Below are positions 9,027-19,400 of a DNA stretch of 44,757 bases, piece by piece. The position numbers were made by a program, and so were the translations under genes. Location of the stretch: assembly GCA_046754105.1 (NCBI GenBank), contig JBHHVD010000012.1, forward strand, positions 1-44,757, written 5' to 3'. The notes under the pieces are model-generated. The model was not told the origin of the DNA. It was given only the letters and a program-made list of their open reading frames with translations, and made no database searches. How positions within the stretch are numbered: the stretch's first letter is position 1; every line of letters starts with the position of its first letter. Source of the stretch: Candidatus Krumholzibacteriia bacterium (GTDB lineage: Bacteria; Krumholzibacteriota; Krumholzibacteriia; WVZY01).

Positions 9027-12000
9027 CGTACGACCAGTACCTTTCGGGTTTGGGCGATGCCGCCGCTGGTGGCCTTGAGAAAATAGACCCCGCCGGGGAC
9101 CGCGTCGCCGCGGGCGTTGCGACCATCCCAGGTCGCCGTGTGAACGCCCGCCGCATAGTCATCGTTTACGATTCTTCGAACCAGCGCCCCGCGGACATCA
9201 TAGATCGCCACCTCCACGCGGCCGCGGCCGCCGCCCAATCCACTGGCCGCACCAAAGGAGATGTTGAGGCGTCCCTGCTGGTAGGGATTCGGCCAGGCGG
9301 CAAGATGCGGCGTGAGCCGCGGGCCGGAACCGCTCTCACCCAGGTAGAACTCTTCGCCGAGCTTGTTGGCGGCAAAGAGCCGGTAGCGGTCGCCGGCAGT
9401 GCCTGTGGGATCGTGGTACGAGGTCTGCCGGGTGCGGGAGACGAGGGTGGACCAGGTCGATCCGCCGCCGCGTTTGTCGAGGCGGTAGCCGTCGAGGTCG
9501 GCGGGGCCGGGGTCGGTCTGCCACGAGACCACCAGCCCGGGCGAGCCGGGGGCCGGTGCCACCAGCAGTGCCAGGAGTGCAATCGAGGTCTGGATGGTAA
9601 AGAGGGAATCGGTCTCGGTCGCCGAGTACGGGGTATTTCGCACCACCTGAATCTTGCAAAAGCGTGAGGGCGTGTGGGGAACGGTCATGCTGTGTGCTCC
9701 GCCGCTCACATCACCGGCGAGGGTGCGGTAGCTCGCCCCGCCGTCCACCGAGAGCATGACATCGACCGTGCCCACGCCGTCCCAGCGCACGGTGCGCTGG
9801 GCGCCCACCGGCCAGGTGTCCCCTCCCGCCGGCACTGCGAGCTCGACGGCGGCCGAGGCGTACTTGAGGTTGCGGTTGCCGCCGTCGTAATAACTGATGC
9901 GAGGATTGCCCTGGGCATCGAGGGCGAGCGAAGGCCACTTGCCGACATTGCCCGCGGCATCAATGGTCTCGATGGTCCACGAGCGACCGGTCTTCACCGC
10001 ATACTCGAGGTCGAAGCCGGTGTTGTCGTAATAACTGATGTGGGGCACTCCCCAATCGTCAAGCGCGAGTGAGGTGTACCTGCCCACGTCCCCGGTGGCA
10101 TCGACGGTCTCGATCGCCCACATGCCTTCGGTTTTCACAGCGTACTTGAGGTCCCCGTTGGTCCAGTCGTAGTAGCCGATGTGGGGATTCCCCCGGCCGT
10201 TGAGGACCAGCGAGGTGTATTGGACGATGATCCCGGTGGCATCGACGGTCTCGAGCGTCCACACCCCGCCGCTCTTCACCGCATACTTGAGATTGCCGGT
10301 GGTGTTGTCGGAATAACTGATATGGGGCACTCCCTCATCGTCGAGGACGAGTGAGGTGAACCAGCCCACACTGCCGGTGGCATCGACCGTCTCGAGCGCC
10401 CACGTCCCGCCGCTCTTCACCGCGTACCTGAGGTCGAGGTTGCCGCCGTCCTGGTAACTGATGTGGGGCACTCCCCCCGCATCGAGGGCCAGAGAGGTGT
10501 ATGCGCCTACGTTCCCGGTAGCATCGACCGTCTCCAGCGCCCACACCCCACCCGTCTTCACCGCGTACTCGAGATCATTGTTGTTGAAGTCGTGATAACT
10601 TATGTGAGGGTCGCCCTGGTCGTCGAGGACAAGCGACGTGTGCCAACCCACAGCCCCCGTGGCATCCACCGTCTCGAGCGCCCACACTCCACCGGTCTTC
10701 ACCGCGTAGTTGAGGTTGTTATTGGTCCCGGCGTCGTGGTAGCTGATGTGAGGGGTGCCACCGCCGTCGAGGGCGAGCGAGGTAAACAAGCCGGCATTCC
10801 CCGTCGCATCCGCCACCGCACTCCACCAGGGCGACTCGAAGTCCAGAATCGAGAACGCGGCGCCGGAGGTCGAGGTCGACAGCGGACTGGCGCGTTCGAC
10901 CTTGATCCGTGCCGACTCGGTCGTGACCACCGGCACATCGACCAGGGCTTCACCGCCGCTCACCGATGTCGCCAGCATCTGGTAGGTGAGGCCGCCGTCG
11001 AGGGACAGCAGGATGTCGACCGACCCGACGCCCTCCCAGCGGACCGTGGCCTGCCCGCCGGACTGCCATCGCTCCCCACCAACCGGGGAGGTGAGATGGA
11101 TCGCCGCGTCGGCGTACATGAGATCTGCGCTGGTCCAGTCGTGATACGCGATGTGCGGGTTTCCCTGGGTATCGAGGGCCAGCGAGGTCTCCCAGCCCAC
11201 TCCTGTGGCATCGACGGTTTCGAGGGTCCATACTCCTCCTGCCCTGGATCCGTACTTGAGGTTGGCGCCGTCATGATAGCTGATGCGGGGGATTCCCTGG
11301 GCATCGATGGCCACAGAGGTGTTGTAACCCGTAAACCCCGCGGCGTCGACCGTCTCGAGCACCCACACCCCACCGGTTTTCGCCGCGTACTTGAGATCCT
11401 CGTTGGTGTTATCGTGATAGCTGATGTGGGGGATTCCCTGGCCGTCGAGGGCCAGCGAGTTATACGTGCCTGCGTCCCCCGCGGCGTCGACCGTCTCGAG
11501 CACCCACACCCCACCGGTTTTCACCGCATACTTGAGATCCAGATTGGTGTTATCGTAATAGCTGATGTGGGGGATTCCCTGGCCGTCGAGGGCCAGCGAC
11601 GTGCGCCCGGCCCCCGTGGCATCGACCGTTTCGAACGTCCACACTCCCCCGGACTTCACCGCGTACTTGAGCTCTGCGTTGGTGAAATCCAGGTAACTGA
11701 TGTGGGGGTTTCCCTGGGCATCGAGGGCCAGCGAGGTGAGCCCGCCCACGTCCCCCGTGGCATCGACCGTTTCGAACGTCCATACGCCGGCGGACTTCAC
11801 CGCGTACTTGAGATCCTGGTTGGCGAGATCCCTATAGCTGATGTGGGGGTCTCCCTGGGGATCGAGGGCCAGCGAGGTGTACCAGCCCACGACCCCCGTG
11901 GCATCGACCGTCTCGACGGCCCACCCATCCCCTGTCTTCACTGCATACTTGAGGTCCGCGTTGATGATGTCGTAATAGCTGATGTGGGGGTCTCCCTGGG

Positions 12001-12157
12001 CATCGAGGGCCAGCGAGGCATCGGTGCCCGCGTTGCCCACAGTATCAACCGCCACATTGAAAAACGGCGTCGTCGCCGTTGCCGACGAGACGTACATCGC
12101 GACGACTACCGCGGCCGCCAGAACCGCCAGACAAACTGCGCGATACTGATCACACAT
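9023..12157 (-). CDS. secreted protein: 2 x (7-bladed beta-propeller + Ig-like spacer) plus sorting domain; paralog of 2118-7784 (1044 aa)
   Basis: SD AAGGAG before ATG 12157; 14 blade repeats; ends WPNP...IYDVRGALV...WDGRN...GGVYF...RKVLVVR. Confidence 0.88.
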   Translation of the reverse strand: MCDQYRAVCLAVLAAAVVVAMYVSSATATTPFFNVAVDTVGNAGTDASLALDAQGDPHISYYDIINADLKYAVKTGDGWAVETVDATGVVGWYTSLALDPQGDPHISYRDLANQDLKYAVKSAGVWTFETVDATGDVGGLTSLALDAQGNPHISYLDFTNAELKYAVKSGGVWTFETVDATGAGRTSLALDGQGIPHISYYDNTNLDLKYAVKTGGVWVLETVDAAGDAGTYNSLALDGQGIPHISYHDNTNEDLKYAAKTGGVWVLETVDAAGFTGYNTSVAIDAQGIPRISYHDGANLKYGSRAGGVWTLETVDATGVGWETSLALDTQGNPHIAYHDWTSADLMYADAAIHLTSPVGGERWQSGGQATVRWEGVGSVDILLSLDGGLTYQMLATSVSGGEALVDVPVVTTESARIKVERASPLSTSTSGAAFSILDFESPWWSAVADATGNAGLFTSLALDGGGTPHISYHDAGTNNNLNYAVKTGGVWALETVDATGAVGWHTSLVLDDQGDPHISYHDFNNNDLEYAVKTGGVWALETVDATGNVGAYTSLALDAGGVPHISYQDGGNLDLRYAVKSGGTWALETVDATGSVGWFTSLVLDDEGVPHISYSDNTTGNLKYAVKSGGVWTLETVDATGIIVQYTSLVLNGRGNPHIGYYDWTNGDLKYAVKTEGMWAIETVDATGDVGRYTSLALDDWGVPHISYYDNTGFDLEYAVKTGRSWTIETIDAAGNVGKWPSLALDAQGNPRISYYDGGNRNLKYASAAVELAVPAGGDTWPVGAQRTVRWDGVGTVDVMLSVDGGASYRTLAGDVSGGAHSMTVPHTPSRFCKIQVVRNTPYSATETDSLFTIQTSIALLALLVAPAPGSPGLVVSWQTDPGPADLDGYRLDKRGGGSTWSTLVSRTRQTSYHDPTGTAGDRYRLFAANKLGEEFYLGESGSGPRLTPHLAAWPNPYQQGRLNISFGAASGLGGGRGRVEVAIYDVRGALVRRIVNDDYAAGVHTATWDGRNARGDAVPGGVYFLKATSGGIAQTRKVLVVR
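9855..12070 (-). repeat. intragenic ~141-bp blade repeats (14 copies in 2 blocks)
   Basis: For example 11341-11460 and 11482-11600 are near-identical at 141 bp offset. Boundaries approximate. Confidence 0.9.
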
Positions 12158-12231
12158 TGTATTTCTCCTTGTTCTACGGCATGCCCGCGTCGCTGTAAAC
12201 GCGGCGGGATCCCTTTTCCGAAGTGCGGCGG
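12155..12231 (-). repeat. duplicated 5' leader shared with 7782-7899
   Basis: Direct sequence match described for the other copy. Confidence 0.85.
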
Positions 12232-12363
12232 AACGCACCGAGGCGGGGCGCAGTAAGACCTTTGCGGGTGCCGCTCGGAGAGCTTCCAGAGGCAGGCGCA
12301 ATCGCGGAGAGTGTTGTTGACGCAAAACCAGCGCAACCATCTGAAGACCTCCGAACAGGCAGG

Positions 12364-12510
12364 TTAGCGAGGACACGTTGAATTCCGCCCAGGCGACGTT
12401 TCCGGAGTCTGGGGTCCCTCAGGCGATTGATCTTTGAACGCAACTGCGAAAAGCGTAGTACTTGTGGTGGGCAAGGGCACCCGGTGGATGATGCGGGTGC
12501 ACATACCCAT
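12364..12510 (-). pseudogene. N-terminal remnant (48 codons) of the 12697-16276 gene family
   Basis: GGAGG SD then MGMCTRIIHRVPLPTTSTTLFAV, matching MVTCIRIARRMCLLTASITLFAV at exactly the 3766-bp repeat offset. Similarity stops after ~23 codons. Confidence 0.75.
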
Positions 12511-12550
12511 GGCATTCCTCCAATGGTTGGAAGAAATTGCGTAGGTCAAT

Positions 12551-12592
12551 GGGCCCGCGTGAGTAGCCCGGCACACAGGCCGGTAGCACCGG
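12551..12592 (-). ncRNA. candidate structured leader motif, copy 1
   Basis: Minus strand CCGGT-gct-ACCGG, then CCTGTGTG-ccgggctact-CACGCGGG. Lies between the promoter and the SD. Confidence 0.4.
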
Positions 12593-12627
12593 AGGGTTGA
12601 GGAGCCGCCCCCCTGTGTTCGCCGTCT

Positions 12628-12671
12628 ATTATACCTTTATCGCGCGTTGAATTCTACTTGACTTATGTCAA
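12628..12671 (-). promoter_or_regulatory. promoter with perfect -10 and upstream TTGAC-N4-GTCAA palindrome, copy 1
   Basis: TATAAT (12633-12628), poor -35, and palindrome TTGACTTATGTCAA at 12658-12671 centred near -43. Confidence 0.55.
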
Positions 12672-12696
12672 CAACGCGCCGGCGCATCCCCTTTTC

Positions 12697-15600
12697 CTAA
12701 TGCACTACGGTAAGCTTCCGCGACAGACTCTTTGTCGGCGTCTGCATTTTTACGAAATACACGCCCGCGGCCACCGACCGTGAGTCGAAGTACACCGTAC
12801 CGGGCCCCGCCGGTCGCGTCTCATTCTGCAATAGTGTCGCCACCTTGCGCCCGGTTACGTCGTAGACGGTGATCGTCACCGGCCCCGGTGTGTCGAGGCT
12901 GAATCCGAGTGTCGATCTTGCCGACGTGGGATTCGGGTGGAACGACATTGAAAAGCCCGGCGGGCGCACCGGTTCCGAACCCGTGATCCCGGTCGCAACT
13001 GCGTTGCAGGCGTTCATGCGCATATCGATGAGTATGGAATTCGCGGCATTTCCGCCCTGTTCGCTGTTGACGACCTCGATCACGCCGTACGGTTGATAGG
13101 GCATCCCGCTGCCGTCCGTCCAGTAACGCCACATGTTGACTTGGGTGAAATCGATCTCGAAATCGTAGTCACTACCCGCGTTGAGGCTTGCCGATACCGG
13201 TACGTCGTGCCACTGCGTGCCCGGACCGGATGAGAGGATCGTGCCCTCGGAAACAAGCACCCCCCGCGTGGTTCCTGCCGCCTCGTACACGCGGGCGCTG
13301 ATCACCGCTCCTTCGGGAATATCCGCGCGCCATCCCAGCGAGTAGAGTTCCTCGCCGGCCAGGGCGGTGACGAACATTCCATAGCGAAGGTCCGCCGCAG
13401 TGAGAGAGAGGGGCGGCGGGTAGACGTCCGGTTTGGCCAGGTGAAAGGGCGCGCCGGCCGTACCCGGCGTCCAGTCGACGGCGAAGTGTGTGATAATAGC
13501 GCTGTTCGCGTTGCCGGCTTGCTCGCCGTCTAGAACGGTGATGGCATCGCCGACCGTGTAGGGCAGCGTGATATCCGACTCCACGATGCACGCCCACCAC
13601 GATGCGGGAAATTCCACGACGAAATCGTAATCCATGCCCTTGCGAAGCTGGCAGCTGATCGGGATCGTGCGTGCGGACATGCCCGGCGGTCCGGAGTCGG
13701 TCGTTGAGCCGGTGGCGATGAGCGCGCCACGCGTGGTGCCGGTGGCTTCATAGATCTTTGCCGTCACGTCTGCCGGCGTGCCGCCGAAGGAGGCGTACCA
13801 GCTCAGCGCGCAGATGTTCATGGTCTGGTTGGCGGTAACGAAAACACCGCGCTCCGTCGTTGTATCCGTGCATGAGCTCCACGAGGCGCCCGGCGGCGTG
13901 AGGTCCGTTGTTTGATCGCATGAGGTCGGTGTGCCGAGCAGCGAGAAATTGAGAAGCGCGAAATTTGCCGCGTCACCTGCCAGCTCACCGTCGCGGACCC
14001 GGATCGCTCCAGCGACATCGTACGGCTCCGCGACAAGACCCTCGGCCCACCACCGTATGTTGTTCGCCACACCGAATTCAAATGTAATGTCGTACTCTTG
14101 ACAGGCATTGAGCGTGTAGGTGATCGGCACGTAGTGCATGACGTCACCGGACTGCGTGGCAGTATGGGTGCCGCTGGCCAGGAGTGCGCCCCGGGCGGAT
14201 CCTTTCGCCTCGTAGATCCGCACCGTCACGCCTTGCGGTACCTGCAGGTCGGCCGCCATACCCAAGGCGCACACGTCGATGTCTTTCATCGCCGTGATGT
14301 AGACGCCGCGCTCCTCGTTGGATACGGGGAGGGTGTTGGGCGCGCCTGTGGGGAGGAGGTCGAGCACCGCCCCGGGGCACGACCCGTCCGCGCCCACGGT
14401 GAGCACCGTGCTGCGGGAATGGGTTTGATTTGAGAAGCAGTCATCAAACGTGTAGCCATCGGCGTAGGTGCCCGGTGGCAGAGACTCGGCATGGATCGTG
14501 AGGCGAACCGTGTCCCGTTGCCCCGCGGTCACGAATCCAGCGGTCCTGTCGGGAGTGTTCCACGTAAAGTCGAACCCGGTAAGCGTCCAGGCGAGCCCGG
14601 CCGATCCCACGCCGTTGTGCTCGATCACGTACACGGCCTCCGGCGGGGTGAAGGGTCCCCCCTCCAGGCCAGTGGATACGACCGGTGCGCTCGGGGTCAC
14701 GGAGAGTAGTCCCGGGAGTTCCTGGGTGGTGGCGACGATACGCGTATCCCACGATGGGGTTGGGGCGCTCGAGGCGTAGGCCCCCGCCATCCAGAGCGTG
14801 ACATCGTCTGCGGGATCGCGGGCGACGGCAGTCGTCATGCCCCATGCCCACGGCGGACTGCCCGTGTGGGCGTAGTTTGCTTCACCGTACACCGCGGGGT
14901 AGTAACCCCAAGAAAAGCCGCCGGCCGCCGTGAATCCGCTGTAACCCATGGACAAATAAACGGTCGGGCCGCCCAACAGAACGCAAACGATGCCCCTGCC
15001 GCTGGTATCGAAGTCGACCGAGGGATACCCGGCGTACAGGTAGTTGCCCGCCGTATCGAGGAACGCGGTATAATAACTGACGTTGAGCGACTGCGTCGCC
15101 GTGTTGATCGCGTGTAAGTTCACACCCCCAATGCCGCTGGGGGGCCCGACGTCAACATGCTTGGAGTGAACGGTCCACAGCTCCCCCGACTCGTACACGG
15201 CATTGCCCAGCCGTGTGGTGCCCATTTCCACGAGCTGGCCGTTGGGCTGGATGCAGTCCGGCACGGTAGCGTAACTGAGGACCGGGATGTTGTAACCCGT
15301 CATCACAGGCGCGGCCGGCGCGCCCGTGATGCCCCATAAAGTCACGAAGTCGCCGCCGGTGGCTTTCGAATTGACGAGCCAGTAGGTCCCTTCCCAAGAA
15401 TGCATGACCGCCGCCCGGAGTGATTGCGCCTTGGAACCGTCACCCGGATTCAGGAGGCCTGTGAACGTGCCGGCTGTCACGAGGCTCTTGTCAATGACAT
15501 GGACTCGCGCGTCGAGAAAGGCGAGAAACGGAAAGAAAGAACTGACATCGTACGATAAATAGATGGCATTGGGCCCCACGCACCTGTGCAATTTCGCCCG

Positions 15601-16276
15601 CAAGCGCCACCCGCACGACCGTCCAGGTACCGCCGGGATCCGAGTTGTCCGATGCCATGATCATGACGTATGAACTCTGGTTCGGACCGTCGACCGCCGC
15701 GACGACCATGAACCACCGGTCATCGAATGTGTCGTAGACGACGCGCGGATCGCTGAAAACGCTCGTCGAGTCGCCGAAAATTATACCGGCAATGAGTGAG
15801 AAGGGTGCCGTTCCCCACCGGCGACCGCACTTGTCGAAAAAGCTATAGACGTCGTTGACGACCTCCACGACGTGCTCAGGGCCCGCGGCCATATCCGGTG
15901 AAGCCGGGTAGCGCCCCGTGTCGTCGACTCCTGGAAAATCAATGATGGGAAACGGCGTGTCGATCGGGACGACAGATTCGCTGCCGGCGGGCGGCGGCGT
16001 ACCAAGCGACCGAACAGGAATCTGCCGGTCGGCGCGTACGGTGCACGTGGCAAGGCGCGCGTCCGGCGCGCGCCGTGCCCGTGTCACCACGTCGGCCATT
16101 CGGATCATCCGTGGTTCGAGCGCGATGACGGATTCGAGAAGGGGCGATGTGGATTGCGTCACGCCCGCCGGATCTACCGGCGCGTGCGAGTCGATGGGAG
16201 AAGGAGTAACTGCGAAAAGGGTGATACTTGCGGTGAGCAAGCACATCCGGCGGGCGATGCGGATGCACGTGACCAT
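12697..16276 (-). pseudogene. frameshifted paralog of 16463-20098 (secreted multidomain CTD protein)
   Basis: ORF from ATG 16276 (SD GGAGG) aligns with the paralog up to VALAG; homology continues in another frame from VGPNAIY (~15579). Ends RKLTVVH. Could be a sequence error. Confidence 0.8.
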
Positions 16277-16316
16277 GACATACCTCCAACGGTTCGAAGG
16301 AATTACGTAGGTCAAT

Positions 16317-16358
16317 GGGCCCGCGTGAGTAGCCCGGCACACAGGCCGGTAGCACCGG
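16317..16358 (-). ncRNA. candidate structured leader motif, copy 2
   Basis: Identical to copy 1; ~40 nt upstream of ATG 16276. Confidence 0.4.
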
Positions 16359-16393
16359 AGGGTTGAGGAGCCGCCCCCCTGTGTTCGCCGTCT

Positions 16394-16437
16394 ATTATAC
16401 CTTTATCGCGCGTTGAATTCTACTTGACTTATGTCAA
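16394..16437 (-). promoter_or_regulatory. promoter with TATAAT and TTGAC-N4-GTCAA palindrome, copy 2
   Basis: Same sequence as 12628-12671. Confidence 0.55.
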
Positions 16438-16462
16438 CAACGCGCCGGCGCATCCCCTTTTC

Positions 16463-19400
16463 CTAATGCACCACGGTAACCTTCCGTGACAGGCTCTTCG
16501 TCGGCGTCTGCATTTTCACGAAATACACACCCGCGGCCACGGTCCGAGAGTCGAACTGCACCGTGCCCGGCCCGGCCGGCCGCGTCTCGTTCTGCAGGAG
16601 CGTTGCCACCCGGCGCCCGGCGACGTCGTAGACGGTGATCGTGACCGGCTCCGGCGCGTCGAGGCTGAAAGCCAAAGTGGCCCGCGCCGATGTGGGGTTC
16701 GGGTGGAGCGACAACGAAAAGGTCGGCGGACGTACCGGCTTCGGGTCGGTGATCCCGGTCGCGACTGCGTCACACGCGTTCATCCGCATATCGATCAGTG
16801 TGAAGTTCGCGGCATTACCGCCCTGCTCGCCGTCGACTACCGTGATGACCCCGTACGGTTGATACGGCATTCCGCTGCTGTCCGTCCAGAAGCGCCACTC
16901 GTTGACCTGGGTGATATCGATCTCGAAGTCGTAGTCGCTGCCCGCGCTGAGCTCGGCCGATACGGGAATGTCGTGCCATCGCGTGCCGGGGCCGGAGGAG
17001 AGCATGGTCCCGGAGGTGATGAGCGCGCCGCGCGTGGTTCCGGCCGCCTGGTACACGCGCGCCCCGATCACGGCGCCGGCGGGAACGTCCGCCCGCCACC
17101 CCAGCGAATAGAGGTGCTCGTCCGTAAGAGCGGTGACGTACATGCCGTAGTCGAAGTTGGGCTGCACTTCCACGCTCGGCGGCGGGTACACACCCGGTTT
17201 GGCCAGGTGAAAGGACGCACCGGCCGTCACGGGCGACCAGGCGAGCAGAAGCGGCATCAGAAACGTGTTGGACGCGTTGCCGGCGAGTTCGCCGTCGCGG
17301 ACGATGAAGGCGTCATCGACGGTAAAGGGCAGCGTAATCCCCGTTTCATCCACACAGGTCCAGGTGACACCCGGTGGATACTCGACAACGATGTCGTAGT
17401 CCTGACCCTCGATGAGTTGGCAGGCGATCGGGATCGTTTTCCAGAAGAGAAGTTGCGGCCAGACCTGAAACGCGGTCCCTGTGGCGATCAACGGCCCCCG
17501 CGTCGTGCCGGTCGCTTCGTAGACGCGCGCGGTCAACTCCTGGGGGAGTGGGGACGATCCGAGGTCCGCGTGCCAGGCGATCCAGCTCAGCGTCGTGGTC
17601 CGGGCGGCGGTAATGTAGACTCCGCGCTCGGTGGTGGCGTCGCTGCACGCCGGCGGGTTCAACCCCGGCGGGATGAGGAAGGACGCCTGCGTGGACGTTG
17701 GCGCCTCGCTGATCAGCGACAGGTACGGGAGCCGGTCGGTGGCGGGGTTTCCGGCCTCCTCGGCATCCCGCACCCGTATGGCGCCGTCGACGTCGACCGG
17801 TAACCCGAGTGAACTCTCGGACCACCACCGCCACGTATTGACCGCTCCGAACTCGAACGAAATGTTGTAGTCCTGGCAGGCCTTGAGTGTTGCGCCGATC
17901 GGGACGTAATGAACGAGGTCGCCCGGTTGCACCGCCGTCAACGTGCCCTCGGCGAGAAGCCCGATACGTGTCGTGCCGTCGGCCTCGTAAATCCGCGCGG
18001 TAACGACCTGCGGCAGGACCAGGTCGGCCGCCATGCCGAGCGCGCACACGTTCATGTCTTTCATCGCCGTGATGTACGTGCCGACTTCGATCCCACCGTC
18101 GACACCGATCTTGGGGACGAAGGGCGGGAACATATCGAGAATGGCACCCGGACAGCTGCCGTCGATACCGACGGTCAACTCCGTCGAGAATGGCAATACC
18201 GCTCCGCCGATCGAGCAGTCTTCGAAGGTGTAGTTATCCAGGTACGTGCCCGCGGGGATGAAGCCCAGCGCATCGATGGTTATTCGCACGGTGTCCACCT
18301 GGCCCGGGAACAGAGTACCCCCCGTCTTGTCCGGAACGTCCCACCAGTCGGTTCCGGTGAGCTGCCAGCCCAGAGTGGACGCGCCGGCGTTGGAGAGTAT
18401 GTACTCGGCTTCCTGTGGCGTGAACGGTCCGGTCTCCAGACCGGTGGACACGAACGGCACCGGTCCAGTGGGCGTGACGGTCAAAATTCCCGGAGCCTGG
18501 TAGCTCGTCGCGGCGATCTGAGTATCCCACGACGGCGTGGGATTACTGGACGCAACCGCACCCACCATCCACAGGGAGGCGTTATCGATCGGGTCGCGGG
18601 CAACGGCGGAGGACGCCCCCCAGCGCCACGGCTGACTCCCACCATGGGAGTAGTCGGCATCACCCGCGCCAAAGAAGTCGAAATTGAGTGAGAATCCGTC
18701 GCGCTTGATGCCGATATACGCCGCCGACATGTAATGCGCCGGGCCGCCAGTCAGGAACGAGACGATCCCGTTGCCATCGACATCGAACTCGATGGACGGA
18801 TACCCGGGATACAGGGTTGGCACCCCCCCCGTAATGATGCCGTACTGGGTGACGAGCGATTGGGTCGAGGTTGCGACCTGAAACGCCCTGACTAGTCTGA
18901 AACCGCCGGTAGGCCCGCCAGTCGCATGAACGGTCCACAACGTGTCCGAGGCATAGACGGCGTTGCCCAGACGTGCATCGCCCATGTCGACGAGTTGGGT
19001 GTTCGGCTGAACGCAATCCGGCGGCGGTGTGTAAGCAATGCCAGTCGGGATGTTGTAGGATGTCAGCACGGGTGCCGCCGGCGCTCCGGTCACACCCCAC
19101 AGTGTCAAGAAATCGCCACCGGCGGGTTTCGAGTTCGCGAGCCAGTACGTCCCTTCCCAGGTGTGCATGACGGCCGCGCGGATGGCCTGCGCCGGCGAAC
19201 CGTCCCCGGGATTCGTGAGAGGCGAGAAGGTCGTGTTCAGGACAGAACCGCCCGCCATCAGCGCGGCCTTGTCCACGACCGAGACCTGTCCGTGGAGGAA
19301 GGTCGGTGGCGCAAAGTTCCACACGTTGGCCGGCACGTAGATGGCATTGGCGTCGACACCGACGTCCGGTGACTCCGGCCAGTTTCCGGCAAACCCCGAT

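Larger units (their letters stand above)
12540..12705. repeat. 166-bp perfect direct repeat, copy 1
   Basis: Base-by-base identical to 16306-16471 (offset 3766). Confidence 0.95.
16306..16471. repeat. 166-bp perfect direct repeat, copy 2
   Basis: Identical to 12540-12705. Confidence 0.95.

Noticed and set aside
2950..12070. Periodic repeats as a CRISPR array or DGR target
   Set aside because: Units are ~141-bp in-frame coding repeats with degenerate copies. No cas or reverse transcriptase gene in the window, no template/variable repeat pair, and variation is not visibly adenine-specific.
2121..12256. Long plus-strand ORFs (2121-4577, 5415-7364, 10463-12256) opposite the propeller genes
   Set aside because: Antisense shadows of GC-rich repetitive genes; no SD or recognisable domains, and their periodicity mirrors the minus-strand repeats.
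12158..12376. N-terminal extensions in the ORF track (also 7785-7841, 22195-22527, 29693-29776, 30885-31481)
   Set aside because: Downstream starts have SD sites or gene overlaps, signal peptides or domain starts; the extensions overlap other genes or leaders.
12551..12620. Leader motif as a c-di-GMP-I (GEMM) riboswitch
   Set aside because: CCGGCCT...CGGGCTAC resembles the 3' stem, but the GNRA-capped 5' stem and the GACGCAAA junction are absent in all copies.
12646..12673. dif/pdif-like Xer site (TTATGTCAACA resembles a XerD arm)
   Set aside because: The XerC arm position (GTTGAATTCTA) lacks the ATAA end; the TTGAC-N4-GTCAA palindrome and promoter geometry explain the sequence better.
15491..15603. 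Two separate genes or a programmed frameshift at the ORF overlap
   Set aside because: Both halves align colinearly with one intact paralog, about 11 nt are missing and no slippery sequence is present.
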